Shown: one piece after another, positions 9,449 to 17,483 of the stretch
How the letters are laid out: each line of letters begins with the position of its first letter
Position numbering within the stretch: position 1 is the first letter of the stretch
Source of the DNA: an uncultured Candidatus Saccharibacteria bacterium
Lineage (GTDB): Bacteria > Patescibacteriota > Saccharimonadia > Saccharimonadales > CAYVSP01
Reading direction: 5' to 3'
DNA: 64,000 bases
Assembly: GCA_964453655.1 (NCBI GenBank)
Contig: CAYVSP010000001.1
Coordinates: forward strand, 645-64,644
Notes under the pieces: model-generated
Told to the model about the DNA's origin: nothing
What the model saw: the letters and a program-made list of their open reading frames with translations, nothing else
Database searches by the model: none
Translations under genes and position numbers: made by a program

Positions 9449-9566
9449 TACTAGTGAGTATCATCTGCTATGTATCATTAGTCAAGAGAGCACTTCAGTC
9501 CCTAAAGCTTCCTTGCTATAGTTAATTAAAGAGTATATAGTATATCAATAAATTAGTAGGTGTAGT

Positions 9567-10394
9567 TTGAGCGAACGAGGCCCAGATTATTTAATAAATA
9601 GCAAAAGCAAGCGTGGACTGGATATTGTAGGAGGTACAATTATTGCGCTAGCCTTTGCCTTACCAGCCTTTGCCACTGGAGCTGTTGTTGCAGCCGAGCA
9701 TGGGCCCCGTAATTTGTTTTTCAAGCAGCGCCGACGTAGCAACAGAGACGAAACCGTTATTGTTAGAAAATTTAAAACAGTAAAAAATTCCGTTGATGAC
9801 ATTTCTATAAAAGATCTCCCCGGCCTACTTAAGGAGTACTTAGCAAACGGTATTGCAGACATACCACAGCTCATAGATAACGGTACTTTTGACGAAATAC
9901 TAGAAGAAGTAGCTGCTTTAGAGCAGCGAGGCTTAATACAGGCAGGAAGTTCTACGATAGATAACTTTATCCGAATTTCAGCCCTGGATGAATCACCCCA
10001 AATTCTTTCAGTTTTAAGCGGTGCGACTTCCTTAACCGGACCGCGCCTAATAACAGACGGTTCATTAGAATCTAGAATGCGTGCTGCACCGAGTCTATTC
10101 AATGACTGGTACACTGGTGTTTACGAACCGCTTAAAAAAGGCTGGGTTAGTCCGGGGGGTAATTGGTACCATAGTCTCGGCTCATCGCATGATCTTACCG
10201 GACAACAAATTGAAATTGGTGTTATGGAACGTGATCTTGCCTGGGTCCCAGATGCTACACTAGCGTATGATTTGCGTTTACTAGCAGAAGCACCCGTAGA
10301 CATAATCAGCGGGCTTCGGAACCATCTTTGGAGTGTACGTCAACACCAGGCTGCCGTTGAAGCTAGAACGCACTCACCTAGTCCAGCTTACTAA
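9567..10394 (+). CDS. Bacterial sugar transferase family (undecaprenyl-phosphate hexose-1-phosphate transferase-like, small PglC/WbaP C-domain type) with a ~40-aa insertion.
   Basis: KRGLDIVGG...GPRNLFFKQRR...KFKTVK...DESPQILSVLSGATSLTGPRL...ERDLAWV aligns to the conserved motifs of phosphoglycosyl transferases (DELPQL..MSLVGPRP). Confidence 0.55.
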   Translation: MSERGPDYLINSKSKRGLDIVGGTIIALAFALPAFATGAVVAAEHGPRNLFFKQRRRSNRDETVIVRKFKTVKNSVDDISIKDLPGLLKEYLANGIADIPQLIDNGTFDEILEEVAALEQRGLIQAGSSTIDNFIRISALDESPQILSVLSGATSLTGPRLITDGSLESRMRAAPSLFNDWYTGVYEPLKKGWVSPGGNWYHSLGSSHDLTGQQIEIGVMERDLAWVPDATLAYDLRLLAEAPVDIISGLRNHLWSVRQHQAAVEARTHSPSPAY

Positions 10395-10413
10395 ACCCCA
10401 GTAGATATTAGCA

Positions 10414-11106
10414 CTACTGGGCAACCGTAAAGTAACCAGCTAAAGCCGGGTTAAGATGATCATGGAACTGATACGAACCTGCCTGGTTAAGGGTTATCGT
10501 ATTATTTTTACCCTTTTTTACCTGTAATTCACTCTCCCCCGCATAATTTTCATGCTCAGGGTGAGAACCAAAAGCAATGTCGTGCAGAATTTTATCCTGA
10601 CTGATGAAAGTAAGCGTGTCACAAAGCTGCGCTCGGGTATGAAGAGGGCTTACGCTGCTGCTGGTGATAATAACTTGATGATTAGCATGAACTGACTGGC
10701 AAGCGCCAGTCTTCTTGCCGTCTACTTGAGAAATTCCCTCCGACTCTGCGAGGTTAGTCGTCACTTCTGATGGCGTCATATTATAGTGAAGGTGATTAAT
10801 GATAAAAATAGAGCCGCTTATGACCACTAGAATAATGCCGACTGTGGCAACGAAAAATACTACGTTATAAAGTGGCTTTGGACCTCGCCCTAAATGCAAG
10901 AAGAAGAATATTTGAATTATCATTTGTAAAACGGCAAAGCCAAGAATTAGCGTTGACAGTGAAATGCTCGAAATCGAATTATTGACTACCAAGTAATAAG
11001 GCACGAGCGTAAACACTACAGATAAGAGGAAGCCAATGGCATAGAACACTGCCTCGCCATGCTTTTTATTAGTTTTATTGTCGGTAGAGTTTGTTGCTTT
11101 ATTCAT
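10414..11106 (-). CDS. cyoD: Cytochrome o ubiquinol oxidase subunit IV (CyoD) carrying a ~125-aa C-terminal extracytoplasmic cupredoxin-like domain.
   Basis: The N-terminal 105 aa align with CyoD (three TM helices ending in NHLHYNM). The start is set at MNKATN, which gives an ATGA overlap with the cyoC stop. The C-terminus ends GSYQFHDHLNPALAGYFTV, a cupredoxin-like strand without the Cys/Met ligands. Confidence 0.65.
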   Translation of the reverse strand: MNKATNSTDNKTNKKHGEAVFYAIGFLLSVVFTLVPYYLVVNNSISSISLSTLILGFAVLQMIIQIFFFLHLGRGPKPLYNVVFFVATVGIILVVISGSIFIINHLHYNMTPSEVTTNLAESEGISQVDGKKTGACQSVHANHQVIITSSSVSPLHTRAQLCDTLTFISQDKILHDIAFGSHPEHENYAGESELQVKKGKNNTITLNQAGSYQFHDHLNPALAGYFTVAQ

Positions 11107-11723
11107 GTAAGGGCCATTAAGTACACGACTGTAAAGATAAATATCCAGACGATATCTAAGAAATGCCAATACAGACTTAGTGCAGTTAGTTTGCGCACCA
11201 TATGCTCGCTAAGTCCTCTTTTTAAAATAAACACCATCATAGTTGCCATCCAGATAAGCCCAAAAAGAATGTGCAGGCCATGCGTACCGACCAACGTAAA
11301 GAAGGAGGACAAGAAGGCGCTGGTTTGTGGGGTATGGCCTTCATGAATAAACTTAGAGAATTCAGTCACCTCCAAAACAAAGAAAGTCAGACCCATAATA
11401 AAGGTCAGGCCGAACCAGGCAAGTACTTGTGCTTTTTTGCCTTGTCTGGCGGCTATCATACCGATTCCACAAGTCAAACTACTAGTAAGTAGAAGGAGCG
11501 TTTCGCCCAAAGCTAGTGGCAGGCTAAAGATTTCACGGCCTGATGGTCCGCCAGCCGTATTACCGTGTAACACCGCATAGACAGCAAATAGAACTGTAAA
11601 CATTAGTAAATCAGTCATTAAGTATACCCAGAAGCCAAACATCGCTCGTTCAACGGCAGCTTCTTGGTGTGCAGTTTCGCTTTCGGCCATTATTTCCGTC
11701 TCATTACTTTTTTCTTTGCCCAC
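11103..11723 (-). CDS. cyoC: Cytochrome o ubiquinol oxidase subunit III.
   Basis: Five TM helices, with HGLHILFGLIWM and LYWHFLDIVWIFIFT conserved with the CyoC/CoxIII family. Confidence 0.85.
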   Translation of the reverse strand: MGKEKSNETEIMAESETAHQEAAVERAMFGFWVYLMTDLLMFTVLFAVYAVLHGNTAGGPSGREIFSLPLALGETLLLLTSSLTCGIGMIAARQGKKAQVLAWFGLTFIMGLTFFVLEVTEFSKFIHEGHTPQTSAFLSSFFTLVGTHGLHILFGLIWMATMMVFILKRGLSEHMVRKLTALSLYWHFLDIVWIFIFTVVYLMALT

Positions 11724-13765
11724 ATAACCACAATATAGACAAAATCCTTTAGGCCCATGTCTTGGCTGGTATCTAAGTTGCTGCTTTGCGGTGCAGTAGT
11801 TTTTTGCATTGCATCATTCTCGAGCCTCTCCACCTCATCGGCCGTAAGGGTATACTCAGTCTTTTCGCTAAAAGTCCGGCCGATCACACAAACAATGATG
11901 GCTAGTAAGGATACAATAATTAGCCAAGCGATATTCCAAACAAAACCGAATCCAGCCAGAAAGGCAAAACCGGCAATGTATATGCCTGAAGCTGTGCTCT
12001 TAGGCATATGGATATTTTCATAATGCGGCGTGGACTCAGCGGGCTGCTTTTTCATTTCCCAGTACGAATCGCGCGAAGTAAGGTTAGGAATAGATGAAAA
12101 GTTGTAGGCTGACGGCGGCGAAGCAGTCGCCCACTCCAAGGTGCGGCCATCCCAGGGGTCATTACTGGTAAGCAGTTGTTTCCTTTGGATAATGCTAGCC
12201 ACAATTTGCACAATTTGAAGAATTAGGCCTAGCATAATAACCAGCCCTCCAATAAACGACATAATAAATAATGGCTGCCAACCTGTTGATGAGTCGTAGT
12301 GGTTGAGACGGCGCGTCGCCCCCATAATTCCCAGTACGTAAAGTGGCGTAAAGGCCATCAGGAATCCAATCAGCCAGCTCCAAAAGGCATAACGGCCAAT
12401 CCTCTCATTGAGTCTAAAGCCAGCAATTTTGGGAAACCAGTAAGACAAGCCGGCAAATATACCAAACAGGACGCCGCCTACGACCATGGTGTGGAAATGA
12501 GCTACAAGGAATAAACTGTTGTGCAACTGGAAATCAGCCGGTGGCACGGCCAATAACACGCCGGACATTCCGCCGACAGCAAATAGACCCACAAATCCCA
12601 AGAACCAGAGCATTGGCGTAGTGAACCTTATACTACCTTTGTACATAGTGGCAATCCAAGTAAACACCAATACGCTCGTTGGTATTGAAATTATCATCGT
12701 CATCAGTCCAAAAAAGGCATTTACATCCCCGCCGGCCCCCATAGTAAAGAAGTGGTGTAGCCAGACTGAAAGGGCCAGTGCCGAGACGCCAATCATACCT
12801 AACACATTGGCGCCATAGCTGGCAATCCGTTTCCGGCTAAAGACTGACACTATTTCGGAAAATATGCCAAATGCCGGCACCATTATGATATACACCTCTG
12901 GATGTCCCCACATCCAGATCAGATTGGTATACATCATCGGATCCCCTCCACCGGTAGTCGTAAAAAAGTGCGTACCAATAGATCGATCAAGAAACAACAA
13001 TAGCAATGTGGCAGTTAAGAGGGGAAATACCGTTACGGCCATTATCATGCTGCACAATGACCCCCACGTAAACAACGCCATGTTTTTTAGCTTCATGCCG
13101 GGTGCCCGCATCTTGAGTATAGTCATAATAAAGTTGATGGCACCAAGCGTTGTGCCTACACCAGAAATCTGCAGACTCCATATCATATAATCAACACCCG
13201 TGCCGGGGCTAAATTCCCGTCCGCTCAAGGGGGCAACCGCCAGCCAGCCAGTCGCCGCATACTTTCCGCCTAACACAAAAAACATGTTTACTAAAATTAC
13301 GCCAGCGACGTACAGCCAAAACCCCAAGGTGTTTAGAAAAGGCGAAGCCAGGTCACGCGCCCCTATTTGTAGAGGCACAATATAGTTTATGAGCCCGAAA
13401 ATAAAACCCATGGCCACAAAGAAAACCATAATATTGCCATGGGCCGTAAAGATTTGCTGAAAATGGTCGGCTGATAGAAATCCTTGCGAGGACCCAGACG
13501 ACAACGCTTGTTGAAGCCAGATCATAAGTGCATCAAGAATACCGCGCACTAACATGAACCCAGCCACTATAAAGTACATAATCCCAATTCGCTTTGGATC
13601 AACTGAGGTCAGCCATTCATTCCATAGCCATTTCCAGCGATGTAAACGAGTAAGAACCACAATTGCAGATATGCCAATCAATAAGAAGGTTAGAGTTCCG
13701 CCCAGAGTAAACCACTCGTGCGGCAATGCTTGCCAACTTAATTTGCCTATAAGTGCTTCTTTCAT
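11690..13765 (-). CDS. cyoB: Cytochrome o ubiquinol oxidase subunit I (heme-copper oxidase).
   Basis: GHPEVYIIMVPAFGIFSEI, WLHHFFTMG and HFHTMVVGG are heme/CuB ligand motifs. 691 aa with a C-terminal extension. Confidence 0.9.
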   Translation of the reverse strand: MKEALIGKLSWQALPHEWFTLGGTLTFLLIGISAIVVLTRLHRWKWLWNEWLTSVDPKRIGIMYFIVAGFMLVRGILDALMIWLQQALSSGSSQGFLSADHFQQIFTAHGNIMVFFVAMGFIFGLINYIVPLQIGARDLASPFLNTLGFWLYVAGVILVNMFFVLGGKYAATGWLAVAPLSGREFSPGTGVDYMIWSLQISGVGTTLGAINFIMTILKMRAPGMKLKNMALFTWGSLCSMIMAVTVFPLLTATLLLLFLDRSIGTHFFTTTGGGDPMMYTNLIWMWGHPEVYIIMVPAFGIFSEIVSVFSRKRIASYGANVLGMIGVSALALSVWLHHFFTMGAGGDVNAFFGLMTMIISIPTSVLVFTWIATMYKGSIRFTTPMLWFLGFVGLFAVGGMSGVLLAVPPADFQLHNSLFLVAHFHTMVVGGVLFGIFAGLSYWFPKIAGFRLNERIGRYAFWSWLIGFLMAFTPLYVLGIMGATRRLNHYDSSTGWQPLFIMSFIGGLVIMLGLILQIVQIVASIIQRKQLLTSNDPWDGRTLEWATASPPSAYNFSSIPNLTSRDSYWEMKKQPAESTPHYENIHMPKSTASGIYIAGFAFLAGFGFVWNIAWLIIVSLLAIIVCVIGRTFSEKTEYTLTADEVERLENDAMQKTTAPQSSNLDTSQDMGLKDFVYIVVMWAKKKVMRRK

Positions 13766-14676
13766 TGCTGCTCCGTAATGTGATGATGGGAGTAGGCATA
13801 CTTGGCAAGTACTTTATTATAGAGGTCCGATTCAGATAAGGAGTAGTAAGACTCGGGATTATTTTGACTTGGTAAAAGCAACTTTTTATATGCAGCGTCT
13901 TGTAGTGAGTCGGAGGACTGTGCATCCTGAACCCAAAGCTCAAATTCTTCTTCTGAACTGGCACGGGCTGTAAACTTCATGCCGGCAAACCCGACGCCGT
14001 TTATTTCAGCTGAGCGGCCTGTGTAGTTTCCTTCGGTATCAGCTAAAAGATTCAGTTGGTTAGAGTGCCCGGTCATAGCATATAGCTGGCCGCCCCAATG
14101 TGGAATCCAGAACGAACTCATCGGCGCCTCATCAGCCGTTAAATCAAAGTGTACTGGGGTGCCAGTGGGAATTTGAACAAAGTTGACTGAAGCAATATGT
14201 TGCTCAGGGTAGATGAATAACCATTTCCAGCGCAAAGCAATTACTTGAACAGTGAGCGGTTGTACATCGGAGACAATCTGTTTATGCGGATCAAGCTTGT
14301 GGGCCGCTGGCCACATGGCGTGAACCAAAACGAACACAAAAATACTTGGGATTGCCCATAATATAAACAAAAAGAATTTGCCGACATGAGAATCCGGATC
14401 ATAGGTAGCATTTTTATTAGTCTCTCTGTATTTCCATGCAAAAAAGTAAAATAAAAGAAGCGTCGGCACAGCCAGAATCAGCATAATTCCTACTGAGAAA
14501 ATCATCAGCTTAAACTGCTCGTGAGCTATCAACCCTTTAGGACTAAATAAGGCAACGTCATTGCCGCGCAACAATAAGGTAATGACTATCCCAAGACACG
14601 CCAGTCCTAAAAGAACAAGCCAAATGACTACCCCAGGGCTAAATCTAAATTCTTTCTTATTTTTTGCCATTCCCAC
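13762..14676 (-). CDS. cyoA: Cytochrome o ubiquinol oxidase subunit II (quinol-oxidase type, lacking CuA).
   Basis: N-terminal signal/TM, then ALRWKWLFIYPE and SFWIPHWGGQLYAMTGHSNQL matching CyoA. The CuA Cys/His ligands are absent. It overlaps the cyoB start by 4 nt. Confidence 0.8.
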   Translation of the reverse strand: MGMAKNKKEFRFSPGVVIWLVLLGLACLGIVITLLLRGNDVALFSPKGLIAHEQFKLMIFSVGIMLILAVPTLLLFYFFAWKYRETNKNATYDPDSHVGKFFLFILWAIPSIFVFVLVHAMWPAAHKLDPHKQIVSDVQPLTVQVIALRWKWLFIYPEQHIASVNFVQIPTGTPVHFDLTADEAPMSSFWIPHWGGQLYAMTGHSNQLNLLADTEGNYTGRSAEINGVGFAGMKFTARASSEEEFELWVQDAQSSDSLQDAAYKKLLLPSQNNPESYYSLSESDLYNKVLAKYAYSHHHITEQQ

Positions 14677-14785
14677 ACTTTGTTATTATACGTAACCAGT
14701 ATACGATAAATTAATGACGAAAACCTCGAGTCTGATCAATGATAAACCTCTATATATTTACTTGCGAGTAAGGTCTTAGCTGTTA

Positions 14786-15655
14786 ATGGCAAAAGATTCT
14801 ACATTTAAACTTTACTATCGTCTTACCAAACCCGGCATTATTTATGGAAATCTTTTTACGGCCACGGCTGGCTTCCTATTGGCTTCAAAATGGCATATTA
14901 ATTGGGGTTTGCTGTTAGCTACCTTGCTTGGGATTAGCTTAATTATTGCTTCGGCCTGCGTCTTTAACAACTATATAGACCGAGAAATTGACGCGCAAAT
15001 GGTCCGCACCAAAGAACGTGCATTGGCAAGCGGCAAGATTCAAGCCTCACATGCGCTATTATTTGCTACCATCTTAGGGATAGTAGGCCTCAGTGTGGTT
15101 ATCCTCCGAGTGAATATGCTGACCGCGTTAATAGGTTTTATTGCGTTTGTTGACTATGTAGTTTTATATGGTTTTGCAAAACGACGGTCAGTACACGGCA
15201 CGCTCGTGGGTAGCATAGCTGGCGCAATGCCCCCAGTGGCAGGCTATACAGCAGTCACCAATAATTTTGACACGGCGGCACTAATCCTGTTTCTTATCAT
15301 GGTCTGTTGGCAAATGCCGCATTTCTATTCCATTGCTATGTACCGCTTCAAAGACTATAAGCGTGCCGGGTTACCCGTATTGCCCGTTAAAAAAGGTATG
15401 CGCCACACTAAGCTGCAAATTTTAGCTTATATCGTCGCCTTCACTGTTTTTTCAACTAGTCTTACTTTCTTTGGCTACACCGGATATAGCTATCTGAGTG
15501 TGCTGCTAGTCCTAGGCTTACTTTGGTTCAAGAAGGGCAGCGCAACTTTTCATAATACCGAAGATAGCGCGTGGGGACGTCGTATGTTTCTCTTCTCCTT
15601 AACCGTGATGATGGTGATGAGTTGTGCAATTGCTATTGGCGGCACTTTACCATAG
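14786..15655 (+). CDS. cyoE: Protoheme IX farnesyltransferase (heme O synthase).
   Basis: UbiA-family polytopic protein with the NNYIDREIDAQMVRT Asp-rich motif. It is divergent from cyoABCD. Confidence 0.85.
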   Translation: MAKDSTFKLYYRLTKPGIIYGNLFTATAGFLLASKWHINWGLLLATLLGISLIIASACVFNNYIDREIDAQMVRTKERALASGKIQASHALLFATILGIVGLSVVILRVNMLTALIGFIAFVDYVVLYGFAKRRSVHGTLVGSIAGAMPPVAGYTAVTNNFDTAALILFLIMVCWQMPHFYSIAMYRFKDYKRAGLPVLPVKKGMRHTKLQILAYIVAFTVFSTSLTFFGYTGYSYLSVLLVLGLLWFKKGSATFHNTEDSAWGRRMFLFSLTVMMVMSCAIAIGGTLP

Positions 15656-15672
15656 GGCTTATACTTTTTAGC

Positions 15673-15930
15673 ATGGTATTGATTCTGCATGTATCAGTAG
15701 CTCTGGCCGGCCTCGGCTTTAGTACTTTTACACTTTTTGCCCCTACGATCTCACGAATTTGGACCGGATTATTTTTAATCTGGGCAGCAGTATTATCAGG
15801 CCTATATCTTGCAGTTACCAGTCACTCTGGTATGTTAGACGTCTGCCTTAGTGGATTATGTTACATCGGGATCACAGCTACTCTGCTACTTTTTGCCCGA
15901 TATAGGCTTTCAGTTCGAACTACGTCTTAA
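15673..15930 (+). CDS. Possible small membrane protein (86 aa) downstream of cyoE.
   Basis: Hydrophobic ORF starting at MVLILHV. The longer ORF-track version overlaps the cyoE 3' end. Confidence 0.25.
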   Translation: MVLILHVSVALAGLGFSTFTLFAPTISRIWTGLFLIWAAVLSGLYLAVTSHSGMLDVCLSGLCYIGITATLLLFARYRLSVRTTS

Positions 15931-16019
15931 ACTCTATGTCGAACAATTAGCAGTACGACTCATAGCTAGCTTGAAGCTTTCTTGTTTATAGGGGTGTCAA
16001 TACATATACTGGTAATACT

Positions 16020-16601
16020 ATGCAGCCAGAAGCCTATGGCCTTTACAAAAACAAGGGCGAGCTTTCGCCCATACTGCCAGATTTCGTAACTGATAATGTT
16101 CTTGACATTGATTTTGAGTATTTACGCCAGCTTGGTTTGAGCCATCTGCTGATAGACCTAGACCTAACCATTAGACTAGTCGGGGCCAAGGAGATAGAGC
16201 ACGAAGTTAAAGCGCTTTTTTCTAAACTAAAAAATGCTAAGTTATTCAAGTCAATCGGCATTATGACAAATAATTACCGCGCCAAACACTTTGCAGAATC
16301 ATTGGGGATAAACGCCTTTACGCCATTCTGGGAAGGCGTCAAACCAATTCGCAAGCCAAACACTTTATTTTTTCATCAAGTTCTAAAAAAACTTCATGCC
16401 AAACCCGAGAATACAGTAATGATAGGTGACAAGATTCATTCAGATATAGTGGGCGCCAATAAAGCCGGTCTTATTACTGTTCTTGTAAAGCCAAGGGGTA
16501 GAGATTACTGGTTTGATCGCCTAATGCTGACCCGCTGGCGCGAAAAGCGCGCCCTAAAACAAGCACGTGACAGCATAAAGCATCTTAGGAAAAGCAAATA
16601 A
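16020..16601 (+). CDS. HAD-superfamily phosphatase, YqeG-like (subfamily IIIA).
   Basis: DLDLT (HAD motif I) and GDKIHSDIVGANKAG (motif IV). Size and layout fit the YqeG family. Confidence 0.6.
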   Translation: MQPEAYGLYKNKGELSPILPDFVTDNVLDIDFEYLRQLGLSHLLIDLDLTIRLVGAKEIEHEVKALFSKLKNAKLFKSIGIMTNNYRAKHFAESLGINAFTPFWEGVKPIRKPNTLFFHQVLKKLHAKPENTVMIGDKIHSDIVGANKAGLITVLVKPRGRDYWFDRLMLTRWREKRALKQARDSIKHLRKSK

Positions 16602-16682
16602 AATCAACGTCACGAACCAAAGGTTGCTTTTAAGCCTAGGATGCCTACAATATAAACATAAGCGTTAACAGAAAGGGCAACA

Positions 16683-17225
16683 ATGCCAATTAAAAAAAGA
16701 AAAGTGAGCGACCCAAGTCTGTATATTTGGGCACTCTTAAGGATAAGCCTTGGTTTTACGTTCCTGTGGGCATTTATAGATAAACTTTGGGGGCTCGGTT
16801 TTGCCACTTGCAGAGACCCTAAAACACAAGTTATTGCACACGGCTGCAAAGCTGCCTGGATTAAGGGTGGTTCGCCGACCACGGGCTTCCTGGCACACGC
16901 CGTTAAGGGCCCCTTCGCCTCTTCTTATGCCAACCTGACTGGACACGGCTGGGTAGACGCACTATTTATGATCGGGTTACTCGGTATTGGCCTGGCGCTG
17001 ACACTCGGTATCGTCATGCGGCTAGCCGTAGCCACTGGCGCGGTCTTACTGCTCATGATGTGGTCAGCAGCACTGTGGCCGGCTAATAACCCCTTTCTTG
17101 ATGAACATTTAATCTATGTGTTAATTTTATTCGGTTTATGGACTGTTAATAAGCAACAAAAATGGGGCCTAAGGGCTTGGTGGGTCAAGCAGGACTTCGT
17201 CAAGCGCTTTCCTATTTTGGAATAA
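16683..17225 (+). CDS. DoxX-family membrane protein.
   Basis: LLRISLGFTFLWAFIDKLWGLG is the typical DoxX N-terminal helix. Four TM helices. Confidence 0.6.
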   Translation: MPIKKRKVSDPSLYIWALLRISLGFTFLWAFIDKLWGLGFATCRDPKTQVIAHGCKAAWIKGGSPTTGFLAHAVKGPFASSYANLTGHGWVDALFMIGLLGIGLALTLGIVMRLAVATGAVLLLMMWSAALWPANNPFLDEHLIYVLILFGLWTVNKQQKWGLRAWWVKQDFVKRFPILE

Positions 17226-17477
17226 TTAAGCCCGCTTTGCCGCCTGTCGGTATTTTTGCATAAATAGTGTTAGCCATAACAACAGATTAACGGTGGTCAT
17301 TACTACGGAATACCATAACCGCAGACTAAAATAAACGATAAGTCCGGGTATCAAAAATGCAGCAGTCATAAGTCTAGTGCCAATAGCCGGTTTATTTTTG
17401 CTGAGTACAGATGGAAGCAAAGCGACATTGAATGCTAAGAAACTGATCGCTAAAACATAATCCTGCCAACAATGCAT
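17226..17477 (-). CDS. Small 3-TM membrane protein, translationally coupled to the upstream FAD-linked oxidase. A paralog lies at 52849..53127.
   Basis: 83-aa hydrophobic ORF starting 6 nt after the oxidase stop. The segment YSVVMTTVNLLLW matches YISVTLNLIW in the second copy. Confidence 0.45.
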   Translation of the reverse strand: MHCWQDYVLAISFLAFNVALLPSVLSKNKPAIGTRLMTAAFLIPGLIVYFSLRLWYSVVMTTVNLLLWLTLFMQKYRQAAKRA

Positions 17478-17483
17478 GGCGTT

